64,000 nucleotides of DNA, taken from contig CBFGKH010000011.1 of the NCBI GenBank assembly GCA_965649295.1, positions 1 through 64,000 on the forward strand, written 5' to 3'. This document shows, piece after piece, positions 18,921 to 27,396 of the stretch. A model generated the notes under the pieces. The model was not told where the DNA came from. It did no database searches and worked only from the letters and a program-made list of their open reading frames with translations. Source of the DNA: a candidate division WOR-3 bacterium. GTDB lineage: Bacteria > Hydrothermota > Tepidihabitantia > Tepidihabitantales > Tepidihabitantaceae. The translations under genes were made by a program, and so were the position numbers. How positions within the stretch are numbered: position 1 is the stretch's first letter; each line of letters begins with the position of its first letter.

Positions 18921-18938
18921 CCGGTTGTTATCTATCCC

Positions 18939-18961
18939 AAGGGGCGGCAATGCCGCCCCTT
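18939..18961 (+). terminator. Rho-independent terminator
   Basis: AAGGGGCGGCA-A-TGCCGCCCCTT followed by GCTTTTT. Confidence 0.7.
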
Positions 18962-18987
18962 GCTTTTTCGGCCGCCCCGATGTGGGG

Positions 18988-20202
18988 TTAGTTAGTGGAC
19001 CGTGGTCGCCAGGAAGGCGAGATGACGCGCGGGCCGGAAATCTGTTCGCTTAGACTGGCGCGGGCAACGGCAAACTCGCGGTACTTGTCGTTCAGACTAT
19101 CCACCGCAGTGAAGAGCGATTCGGCCGGTTGGTTTTCGAACATTGCTTGCTGTCTTAAGTTTCGTACCAGGTTGGATACGCTGATGCCGAGCAGGCGGAT
19201 GAATCGCGGCGGCTGGTAGAGTTCATTGAATAGTCTCAGGCCAATTTGGTAGATGCGGTGGCCGTCGGCTAGGTAGTTGCGTAAGCTGTGCTGTTTGGTG
19301 AAGGTCGAGAAGTCAGCGTAGCGAAGCAGAAGACTGACCGTGCGGCCGGCATAGCCGTCACGACGGAGCCGGCGGCCAACCTGTTCGGATAGTTGGAGCA
19401 GGTGGCGTCGGATAAGAGCCGGGTCCCGGGTGTCCTGGGACAGCGTTAGCGAGTGGCCCATTGATTTAGTCGCGGGTTCGTGGTAGTAGGGAAGAACCGG
19501 GCTGTCGCTTCGGCCTTGGCCGATATGTTTCAACTGGGTGCCGATGATACCGAAAATGCTGACGAGGGTCTTTTCCGGAAACCGCCCCAGTTCGCCACAA
19601 GTGCGAATGCCAAGCTGGTTGAGCTTCGCTTTGGTCTTCGCGCCGATGCCGCATAGATTCTCAACAGGTAGCTTTTCGAGCAGACCGGGGATTTCTTCTT
19701 GGCGGATAATGGTCAGACCATCAGGTTTATGCATGTCGCTGATAAGCTTGGCGATGAGTTTATTCGGAGCGATGCCGATAGAACAGGTTAGACCGAAATG
19801 CTCTTTGAGCCAGACTTTGATCTGGCGGCCAATCGCCTCGGGACCACCGAAGAGATGAGCGGTTTGGGTAACATCGAGGAATGCTTCGTCAATGGAGAAG
19901 ACCTCGACGAGATCGGTGAAAGTCGTGTAGTAGGCGAGGATACGGGTTGAGGTGTCAACGTAACGGGCTGGATTGCCGCTGACAAGGATGATTTCCGGAC
20001 AGAGCCGGCGGGCCTCCGGGATGGTCATGGCGGTTTTGACTCCGCGGCGCTTGGCCTCGTAGGAGGCGGCGGCAATGACCGTTCGGCCGTTTGGGTCACC
20101 GCAGACACCGATTGGTTTCCCACGGAGGAAAGGGAAAACCTGCTGTTCGACTGACGCAAAGAATGCGTCCATATCAATGTGGAGAACAATGCGTTCAGCC
20201 AA
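18988..20202 (-). CDS. dinB: DNA polymerase IV (Y-family)
   Basis: 'HIDMDAFFASVEQ', 'AASYEAK', 'SIDEAFLD', 'SIGIAPNKLIAK'. Confidence 0.92.
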   Translation of the reverse strand: MAERIVLHIDMDAFFASVEQQVFPFLRGKPIGVCGDPNGRTVIAAASYEAKRRGVKTAMTIPEARRLCPEIILVSGNPARYVDTSTRILAYYTTFTDLVEVFSIDEAFLDVTQTAHLFGGPEAIGRQIKVWLKEHFGLTCSIGIAPNKLIAKLISDMHKPDGLTIIRQEEIPGLLEKLPVENLCGIGAKTKAKLNQLGIRTCGELGRFPEKTLVSIFGIIGTQLKHIGQGRSDSPVLPYYHEPATKSMGHSLTLSQDTRDPALIRRHLLQLSEQVGRRLRRDGYAGRTVSLLLRYADFSTFTKQHSLRNYLADGHRIYQIGLRLFNELYQPPRFIRLLGISVSNLVRNLRQQAMFENQPAESLFTAVDSLNDKYREFAVARASLSEQISGPRVISPSWRPRSTN

Positions 20203-20286
20203 TGGTTATCCCTGAGGGTTGGTTCTCAACGAAGCTGTTCAGACCCTGGGCTCGAAATTGCAAATCGGAAATCGCCGTTGGTAGAT

Positions 20287-20643
20287 TCACTCGCTGTAGG
20301 TGCCGGTCAGGGTCCAATCGAAGCTCTTGGCGTTATAGCAAAGCTCGAAGAGATTGGCGCCGTCAGAAACAGTGTAATGATAGATCTCAGCTTCGCCGCG
20401 GTTCTCACGCCAGACATAGGTGATTTCTTGAACTCGGTACTCCTGGTTACGCCAGATAAAGAGCACCGGCCGTAGCTTGTCATGGGGAAAACGGCGATCA
20501 CTGGTCTGTTTGTACACGGCATAGACTTTGATGCTTTCGTTCAAACGGATGTGAGTCATCTTGCCCTCCTTGGGGGACGCCTGGGACTTGAGGGCCGTAT
20601 TGCCGCTAGTGGGCCATAATGTGGTTTGATTGGTGACTGGCAT
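20287..20643 (-). CDS. Small beta-rich protein in the lexA-dinB cassette (DUF6504-like)
   Basis: 'PVLFIWRNQEYRVQEITYVW...YTVSDGANLFELCYN...W'. There are two SD-preceded ATGs (20643 and 20559), so the start is uncertain. Confidence 0.7.
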   Translation of the reverse strand: MPVTNQTTLWPTSGNTALKSQASPKEGKMTHIRLNESIKVYAVYKQTSDRRFPHDKLRPVLFIWRNQEYRVQEITYVWRENRGEAEIYHYTVSDGANLFELCYNAKSFDWTLTGTYSE

Positions 20644-20652
20644 TCTTACCTC

Positions 20653-21243
20653 CTATTTGTAGTTACGAAGCAGTCCAACGACGACGCCGATGATGCGGAA
20701 GTCTGCCTGGTCCGGCCGGATAACAATCGGCTCGAAACTAGGATTAGCCGGACTCAGGACAATTGCGTCGTGGTCAGACTGGAAGTATTTTACGGTAGCT
20801 TCGTTATCAATGAGTGCGGCGACGATATCGCCATTTTGGGCAGTGGCTTGGGGTCGGACGATGACCATATCGCCGTCGATTATGCCAGCGCCGGTCATGC
20901 TTTCGCCCTTCACACGGAGAAGAAAACAGCCGCGAAAGCGGTTGAGCGAGACTTGGGCTTCGACATTCTCAATGGCGAGGATGGGCGAGCCAGCAGCAAT
21001 CCGACCGATGAGGGGCAGGGTTTCGGGCTGGTGCGCGATATGAAGTGAGCGGGCCTTGTTGGCCGAGCGGCCGAGCAGACCCTGCTCGACAAGGATGTCC
21101 AAATGATACTTCACCGCTTTGGTGCTACTGATGCCGACCGCCTCGCCAATTTCGCGGACACTCGGGGCAAAACCTTGTTCCTCGGTATACTGCCGGACAA
21201 ACTCAAGGATGCGATTCCGCCGGTCGTTATCTTTAGTAAACAT
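20653..21243 (-). CDS. lexA: LexA transcriptional repressor
   Basis: wHTH 'GFAPSVREIGEAVGISS', Ala-Gly cleavage site 'GRIAAGSP', catalytic Ser 'VKGESM' and Lys 'ATVKY'. Confidence 0.93.
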   Translation of the reverse strand: MFTKDNDRRNRILEFVRQYTEEQGFAPSVREIGEAVGISSTKAVKYHLDILVEQGLLGRSANKARSLHIAHQPETLPLIGRIAAGSPILAIENVEAQVSLNRFRGCFLLRVKGESMTGAGIIDGDMVIVRPQATAQNGDIVAALIDNEATVKYFQSDHDAIVLSPANPSFEPIVIRPDQADFRIIGVVVGLLRNYK

Positions 21244-21280
21244 TTGTTTACATAGTAGCTGGTTGGGAATGTGTTGTCAA
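21236..21280 (-). promoter_or_regulatory. lexA sigma70 promoter with overlapping palindromic operator
   Basis: TTGACA (21280-21275), 17 nt, TACTAT (21257-21252), 8 nt, then ATG. The palindrome GTAAAC-ATTT-GTTTAC occupies 21236-21251. Confidence 0.8.
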
Positions 21281-21314
21281 CTATGGGCGTTACTGGTTAT
21301 AAATAATAAGAGGA

Positions 21315-21339
21315 CGCGGGGCGGCAGAGCCGCCCCGCG
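21315..21339 (-). terminator. Terminator of the thiolase/DUF35 operon
   Basis: CGCGGGGCGGC-AGA-GCCGCCCCGCG followed by a T-rich tract on the minus strand. Confidence 0.65.
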
Positions 21340-21358
21340 CTATTTTCGCTAGTTTTGT

Positions 21359-21829
21359 CTAAGCTGGACGGAAAGCGATAATATCGGTTATCGCGCCTTC
21401 GCGCTTGGCTGCCGGTTTGAGAGCCGCTTTGACTTTCATGCCGATTACTAACTTTTCCTTTGGTACTTCAAGACGGTGGATAAGAGAAGTAGTGGCGCCT
21501 TCGAGTTGAATAAGGCCAACAAGTTGTGGTTTAGCGAGCGGTTCACCGTCGAGGCCGACGAAGACTTCGGTCCATGATTCAACCGTGCCCACGCCGGGCA
21601 GTTCGACCCAATCGTCGAGTCCAGCAAGGCATTTCTCGCAGTAGAGTCGGGCCGGTACGTAGACTTCGTTGCAGCGCTGGCAGCGAGTGGCGAGGAACTG
21701 GCCTTTATCGCGGAGGGCCTTGAGGAACCGGTCGCCAGCAACGCCGGCGGTGTAGAGACTCTGGACCGGTAGTTCACCAGGCCAGGTTGCAGCCTGGTCG
21801 GGCATGGTCAATCTTTCCTTCAGTGCCAT
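21359..21829 (-). CDS. DUF35 / ChsH2-like Zn-ribbon OB-fold protein
   Basis: 'ATRCQRCNEVYVPARLYCEKC' plus OB fold 'GMKVKA'. Confidence 0.88.
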   Translation of the reverse strand: MALKERLTMPDQAATWPGELPVQSLYTAGVAGDRFLKALRDKGQFLATRCQRCNEVYVPARLYCEKCLAGLDDWVELPGVGTVESWTEVFVGLDGEPLAKPQLVGLIQLEGATTSLIHRLEVPKEKLVIGMKVKAALKPAAKREGAITDIIAFRPA

Positions 21830-22392
21830 TAGTCCTCCTCGATTGGTTGCCAGTAGCGGATGTCGGTTATCGCGCCCTCGCGTTCTTCGGCTGGCTTCCA
21901 GACCGCTTTGACTCGCATACCACGTCGGACGCGGGCCGGGTCGATTCCGCCGATTAGGTGCATGATGCCCATTCCCGGAGATGCGCCGTCAATCTCGATG
22001 ACGGCCGGTATCTGCGGTTCTTTGACGCGCCGCACATCCCAAGTGATGTAGCAGAGGGAAAAGGTGTTGATGGTACCGGTGTCCTTGACTTCCACCCAGC
22101 CGTCAGTCGGTCGGAAGCAGAGTTCACAGAATGCGCGGGGCGGTATCATTATCCGGTTACAGGTGTGGCACCGCACAGCCAGGATCTTACCCTGTTTGAG
22201 TCCGGCCAGGTAGCGGCCGATGGCGACGCCGCGATCATGGGCGTAGCGGGCATCAGCCTTCCAGAAGGTGGTGCAGACCTTGCCGGAGCGGAAGTCTTCG
22301 TCGGAAAGACCGATGGCGACAGCGTTGTACGGTGGTGCGGCAGGGGCCGGCGGTTGCTGTTTCTTTGTCGGGACTGGTTTGCGGGGCATCAT
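21829..22392 (-). CDS. DUF35 / ChsH2-like Zn-ribbon OB-fold protein
   Basis: 'RCHTCNRIMIPPRAFCELC' and 'GMRVKAVWKP...REGAITDI'; paralogue of its neighbour. Confidence 0.88.
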   Translation of the reverse strand: MMPRKPVPTKKQQPPAPAAPPYNAVAIGLSDEDFRSGKVCTTFWKADARYAHDRGVAIGRYLAGLKQGKILAVRCHTCNRIMIPPRAFCELCFRPTDGWVEVKDTGTINTFSLCYITWDVRRVKEPQIPAVIEIDGASPGMGIMHLIGGIDPARVRRGMRVKAVWKPAEEREGAITDIRYWQPIEED

Positions 22393-22398
22393 TACCTC

Positions 22399-23559
22399 CT
22401 AGATTCCGAGTACAACGACTGTGCCGACTTGCATCAAGTCTCCCCAAGCCTGGGCCACGCCGCGCTTGGCCTTACGGGCAATTTGGCGTTTACCAGCTTC
22501 ACCGCGAAGCTGCCAGAAGAGCTCGGCGACCTTCATCAGGCCGGCGGCCGCAATCGGATTACCGACCCCGAGCAGGCCACCAGAAGGACAGACTGGGAGC
22601 TCGCCGTCGCGGGCGGTGACACCGTCAGCGGTAAGCTGGGGTGCTTCGCCGCGACCGCAGAGCATGAGTCCTTCCATGTGATGCAGTTCCTTGTAGTCGA
22701 ATGGGTCGTACGGCTCGGCAACGTGAATCTGATGGCGGGGGTCGGTAATACCGGCCATCTTGTAAGCCATCCGGGCTGCTTCCTCGACATAACGCGGATA
22801 GCAGAGGTCACGATTTGTCCAGTAGGCAGTGTCGAGCGCCCAGCCGACACCTTCGATCCAGACAGGCTTGTCGGTGTAGCGTCGGGCAACCGATTCACTG
22901 GCGAGAATCACAGCCACAGCGCCATCTGATACCGGGCTGACGTCAAGGCGTTGCACAGGCCAGGCAAGAGTTTCGGACTTGAGGATGTCGTCAATGGTGA
23001 CCGGGCTGGCAATCTGGGCGGCTGGATGGTCAAGGGCGTTGTTCTTGTTCTTGACCGCAACGCGGGCGATGTCTTCCTTGCGCAGACCGTAGGTCGTCAT
23101 ATAGCGATTCATTTCAAGGGCGAATATCCAGAGCAAGTTTGGTTTGAGGGGCCGCTCGGTTGTGTGATCGAAGATCGTGAGGAATGCGGCCTGGGCATGG
23201 GGCTGGAAGGTTGACATCTTCTCTTCGCAGACGACGAGACAGGTGTCGAACATTCCGGAGGCGACATGGTACCAGCCGTGAGCGACTGCAAAGACACCGG
23301 TTCCACCGCCGACAAAGGATCGAGTGTAGGGTTTTCCCCAGCAGCCAGCACCGTCGGAGAGGTATTCACCTTTCATATGGACACCGTCGAAGGTGTCAGG
23401 AGCAGTGCCGAGCGCAACGCAATCAATCTGGTCCATTGTCATTCCGCAGGACTCGAGTGCGGCGCTCGACGCGCGCCAGGCCAGTTCTTTGCCGGTTTCA
23501 AGAGCGCGACGCACGAACTTGGTCATGCCGACGCCAACTATCGCAACTCTGTTTCCCAT
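22399..23559 (-). CDS. SCP2-type/archaeal thiolase-family protein lacking the canonical nucleophilic Cys
   Basis: 'VAIVGVGMTKF', 'SPVSDGAVAVIL', 'AEPYDPF', 'PSGGLLGVGNP'; 'FVGGGTG' where 'xACASG' is expected. Confidence 0.85.
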   Translation of the reverse strand: MGNRVAIVGVGMTKFVRRALETGKELAWRASSAALESCGMTMDQIDCVALGTAPDTFDGVHMKGEYLSDGAGCWGKPYTRSFVGGGTGVFAVAHGWYHVASGMFDTCLVVCEEKMSTFQPHAQAAFLTIFDHTTERPLKPNLLWIFALEMNRYMTTYGLRKEDIARVAVKNKNNALDHPAAQIASPVTIDDILKSETLAWPVQRLDVSPVSDGAVAVILASESVARRYTDKPVWIEGVGWALDTAYWTNRDLCYPRYVEEAARMAYKMAGITDPRHQIHVAEPYDPFDYKELHHMEGLMLCGRGEAPQLTADGVTARDGELPVCPSGGLLGVGNPIAAAGLMKVAELFWQLRGEAGKRQIARKAKRGVAQAWGDLMQVGTVVVLGI

Positions 23560-23570
23560 CTCTTGCCTCC

Positions 23571-24722
23571 TTACGCCCGAAGCACCGCGACGGCCGCACT
23601 GGCTGTTGGCACTCCGCGCCAGCTTTGGACGACAGCCGTACCCGGTTCGTCAAGTTGTAAGTGACCGGCGGTGCCGCGGAGCTGTTGTACAGCCATTGCC
23701 ATGCGCAGCAGGCCGGTTGCTTCGTACATGTAGCCCATGCCGAGCGCGCCGCCAGAGGGGTTGACCGGCAGGGAGCCGTGGATTGAAGTGCGGCCCTGTT
23801 CGGTCCAGCTGCCAGCCTCGGTTGCAGTGCAGAAGCCTAGCGCAGCGAGGTGCTGGAGTTCCTTATAGCTGTAGGTATCGTCAATTTCGGCAAAGTCGAT
23901 CTGGTCGGCTGGCGATTGAACACCAGCAGCGCGGTAGGCATGGGCAGCCGCCTTGCTGACGTATTCGGGAGTTGACCAGTTGCGTGATTCAAGGTTGGGC
24001 GAGCCGTTGCACCAACCGATGCCATCAAGCCACACTGGTCTGCCGGCTAGGCTGCGGGCGCGGGATTCGGTGGCGAGGATAAGAACTACCGCGCCATCAA
24101 CCGGCTGGGCGACATCGAGCTCGCTGAGCGGCCATGACACGGCTCTGGCAGTCTTGAAATCGGCGTCACTGAGCAGCGCGGCTTGTCCGGCGAAGGGGTT
24201 GGCGAGGGCGTTGCTGCGGTTCTTGGTGACTACTGCCTGGCACTGACAAAGGTCGATTGCGGCGTCCCGGCAGAAGCGGTTCATCTCGAGGCCGGCGACG
24301 AAGTGGGTGTTCAGAGCAAGCGGCCGTATGAAGACAGGATCTTGAGCGCAGGCGTGGATGCCATCCGGGGTCAGCATGTTCGATGCCTTGGAATGCGCTT
24401 CGACAAGCGCTGTTTCGAATTGGCCGGTGGCGAGCTGCATGAAGGCAGCGGCGACGCCATGGAGTCCATCACCAGTGATGGTGTGCATCTGGCGCAATGC
24501 CGCCCCAAGTTGGTCGGGAACGTATTCATCAAAGATGCTCACGCCTTCGATGTAGTCTTCGGCGCAGGTAACAAAGGTGTCGATGTCCTTACGCGGATTG
24601 AGACCGGCATCGGCGCAGGCCTTAGTTGCCGCCTCGAACATCAGTTCTTTGTAGGATACGTCGGGTGTTATCGACCGTAGCTGGGTTAGGCCGACGCCGA
24701 CGATAGCGACTCTCTCAGCCAT
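23571..24722 (-). CDS. Divergent SCP2-type thiolase-family protein
   Basis: 'VAIVGVGLT', 'DGAVVLIL', 'AEIDDTY', 'VNPSGGALGMGY'; GGAGG SD before ATG 24722. Confidence 0.85.
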   Translation of the reverse strand: MAERVAIVGVGLTQLRSITPDVSYKELMFEAATKACADAGLNPRKDIDTFVTCAEDYIEGVSIFDEYVPDQLGAALRQMHTITGDGLHGVAAAFMQLATGQFETALVEAHSKASNMLTPDGIHACAQDPVFIRPLALNTHFVAGLEMNRFCRDAAIDLCQCQAVVTKNRSNALANPFAGQAALLSDADFKTARAVSWPLSELDVAQPVDGAVVLILATESRARSLAGRPVWLDGIGWCNGSPNLESRNWSTPEYVSKAAAHAYRAAGVQSPADQIDFAEIDDTYSYKELQHLAALGFCTATEAGSWTEQGRTSIHGSLPVNPSGGALGMGYMYEATGLLRMAMAVQQLRGTAGHLQLDEPGTAVVQSWRGVPTASAAVAVLRA

Positions 24723-24925
24723 TGCACCTCCAATTAGCATGGACAGTCTACTTGGGTTTTGGGCATGAATCCTTCTGGCTCTGCCAGGGAGTCATTGCAA
24801 ACTGATGAGAACATAGCGTGATTGTCATTGCTGTCAACCATAGGACAGAGGACGGACTAGTGGCGCGGTGAGGTGTCCTGCGCAAGATTGGGATTGTTCC
24901 GACCGGCTCGGCATTTGGTCAGTGG

Positions 24926-27208
24926 TCAGATTGACGAAGGTGGTCGTTTCGCTGGTCCAGACTTGGGCAAGGTGAAGTAAAAGGTGCTGCCGCGTCCGTA
25001 TTCAGACTCGACGCGAATCGTTCCGCCGTGTTCGGTAATGATGCTCTTGCAGATTGACAGACCAAGACCGGTGCCGGTGACGTCGGGGGTCGCTTCCCGA
25101 TTGACGCGTTGGAAGCGACGGAATAGCTTGGGGATATCCTCGGGTCGAATGCCGATTCCCTGGTCGCTCACTGCGACCTCGATCTTGTCCCCGATGTCTC
25201 TTCCCCAGACGCGCACCCTGCCGCCATTTGGCGAGTACTTGATGGCATTGCTCAGGAGATTAGCGACGACGCGTTCAATGCGGTTAGCGTCAGCTTGGAC
25301 GTGCGGTAGATCAGCAGGTAGCTCGTTGACCAGCTCATGATTGGGGTACTGCCGGGAGAGCAGACCAATTACCGAGTCAACGATGGCACGCAGATCGGTG
25401 TCGGTCAACTGTAGTTCAAATCGGCCGGCTTCGATGCGAGATATGGTCAGAAAGTCTTCGACAAGACCGGCCATCCGGCGTCCCTCGTTGATTATGATCC
25501 GTAGAAACTCTTCTCGGTCACTAGGCGACGTGGATGCGTCCTGAAGGAGTTCGGCAAAGCCAATGATGGCGCTAAGCGGTGTCCGCAGTTCATGTGAAAC
25601 TAGCGATATCATATCGGTCTTTAGTTCGTCAATCTGCTTCTCCTGTGAGACATCGTGAAGCACGACGACGCAGCCGCGGATGCGTTCGTGTTCGTCGTAT
25701 AGCGGCGACGCAGTGTAGCTGACCGGTAGCCGATCGCCACTCTTGGTCTGGATGTAGGTATTCAAATCGCGACGCGCAATCGGTCGACGTTCAGCAAAAG
25801 CTCTCAGCGCAGGGCAATCAGTTGAGCAGATATCAGGTTTATCGGTTGAACCGGTCCAAAGGATTGACGCGCAGTGTCGGCCGATGGTCTCCTCGGCTGG
25901 GTAGCCAGTCATCGCTTCGGCAGCCCGGTTCCACAGCACGATTCGTCGTTCGGTGTCAATGACCATCAGCCCTTCGCCGAGCGCGGAGATGATGGCTTGG
26001 AGCGAGTCTTTCTCACGGGCGAGCTCGGCGGTTGCGGTTCGTACTCGATTCTCGAGACTGCGGTAGGATTCAGCCAAGCGTTCGGCCATGCGATTGAAGT
26101 CGGCAGCCAGTGTTTCGATTTCGTCTCCGGTCTTGAGGTGGATACGAGCATCGAGCTTGCCAGTACCGATGGCATGGGCGTTGTCTCGAAGTTCACGCAG
26201 CGGGCGGGTGATACCTGACGATAGCGTTGTGCCGACTACGATGACGAGAACGGCGGTCAGCAGGATGAGTAATACGGCATTGCGACCGAAGCGGTGGGTG
26301 GGAGCCAGAATATCGGCCTGGTTGCGTTCGACCCAGACTGACCATCCCTGAGGAGTCGTGTCGTTCGGGATTGATCGGCGCGTACTGGGGACAAGAGCAA
26401 TACCTGCCACCACCGATTTGCCGGTCAGGCCTGGGCCGGTGTGACTCGTTGGGTGATAGGGGGCAAGAATGTCTGTGATGCGGCTGCGGTCAAGGCGGCT
26501 GTCGCTGGGACCAACAAGAATGTCACCGCTGGCAGTCAGTAAGGCTGCAGCTCCCCCGCTGTTGAAGGCGGCGTCGTCGAGCATCTCGATGACATCGGTA
26601 AAGTCGAAGCGACCAAGCATGGCACCGACCGGACGAAGCGTCAGTTGATCGAGAACCGGTACCGCAATTTCGACTTCGACTCCGGTTGCGGTCGCGGTCG
26701 GCCGACCGATATAAACTGTACCACGTCCCCCCTGGAGCACTGATTTGAACCATTGTTCGTTTGCACACTCGGTTGTGGATAGTCCGCCAATAGCCCCGAC
26801 GACCGAACCAAGTGTATCGCAGACAATGACACCACGGAAGCTGCGCAGCGGTGGGACATTGGCAGACCGCAGGTGGGTAGTAACGGGTGAGTCCGCGATC
26901 TCACGCATTCTTGTTTCCAGGCTGGTGGTTCTGGCTGTTGGTTGTGTCCGGGCGAGGAGTGGCGCAATCTCAGAACTTACTTCGTCAATGGTGCGCAGTG
27001 CCCGGCGCAGACGGTCATTCGTGGATAAGGCGATACGTTCAGCAGAGTCGGCTAATTCCTGGCTGGCTGTCCAGAGTGCAGTTCTTGCCATCATCCAGTG
27101 GCCAATGACCGCCATCAGCCCAGCCGGTAGCATTCCAAAGGCAAGCAGCGAGGCGAGGATGCGCGTCTGGATGCCAAAACGGGTGCGCGGCTGGTGGATG
27201 GACTTCAC
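24926..27208 (-). CDS. Sensor histidine kinase (Cache-like, HAMP, PAS, HisKA, HATPase)
   Basis: Two TM segments, HAMP 'GDEIETLAADFNRM', PAS 'WNRAAEAMTGY', H-box 'VSHELRTPL', N-box 'NLLSNAIKY', 'GTGLGLSI'. Confidence 0.92.
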   Translation of the reverse strand: MKSIHQPRTRFGIQTRILASLLAFGMLPAGLMAVIGHWMMARTALWTASQELADSAERIALSTNDRLRRALRTIDEVSSEIAPLLARTQPTARTTSLETRMREIADSPVTTHLRSANVPPLRSFRGVIVCDTLGSVVGAIGGLSTTECANEQWFKSVLQGGRGTVYIGRPTATATGVEVEIAVPVLDQLTLRPVGAMLGRFDFTDVIEMLDDAAFNSGGAAALLTASGDILVGPSDSRLDRSRITDILAPYHPTSHTGPGLTGKSVVAGIALVPSTRRSIPNDTTPQGWSVWVERNQADILAPTHRFGRNAVLLILLTAVLVIVVGTTLSSGITRPLRELRDNAHAIGTGKLDARIHLKTGDEIETLAADFNRMAERLAESYRSLENRVRTATAELAREKDSLQAIISALGEGLMVIDTERRIVLWNRAAEAMTGYPAEETIGRHCASILWTGSTDKPDICSTDCPALRAFAERRPIARRDLNTYIQTKSGDRLPVSYTASPLYDEHERIRGCVVVLHDVSQEKQIDELKTDMISLVSHELRTPLSAIIGFAELLQDASTSPSDREEFLRIIINEGRRMAGLVEDFLTISRIEAGRFELQLTDTDLRAIVDSVIGLLSRQYPNHELVNELPADLPHVQADANRIERVVANLLSNAIKYSPNGGRVRVWGRDIGDKIEVAVSDQGIGIRPEDIPKLFRRFQRVNREATPDVTGTGLGLSICKSIITEHGGTIRVESEYGRGSTFYFTLPKSGPAKRPPSSI

Positions 27209-27396
27209 GCATCGGTTATAGCGTCAGGCGCTGTTATGTCAAGCGGTGGACCGATGAAGCTCAGTATGTTTGACAGCAGCGGTAGCGGGCCTACAATTTA
27301 GTCATACTGGTGACTCTCCCGGAATCGGCGTCGCGGGTTCTATTGCCGGACGGGTCAGCCCCATTTCGGAAAGCGATAACTTAGACTGGAGGACCG

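Noticed and set aside
21958..22929. 323-aa plus-strand ORF
   Set aside because: Antisense to the thiolase and DUF35 genes.
24840..24928. UGA readthrough in other genes ending in TGA (kinase, 20287 ORF, DUF1893, MFS, 61516)
   Set aside because: The proteins are already complete at the stop and there is no Cys or redox context; for the kinase, the downstream frame is not protein-like.
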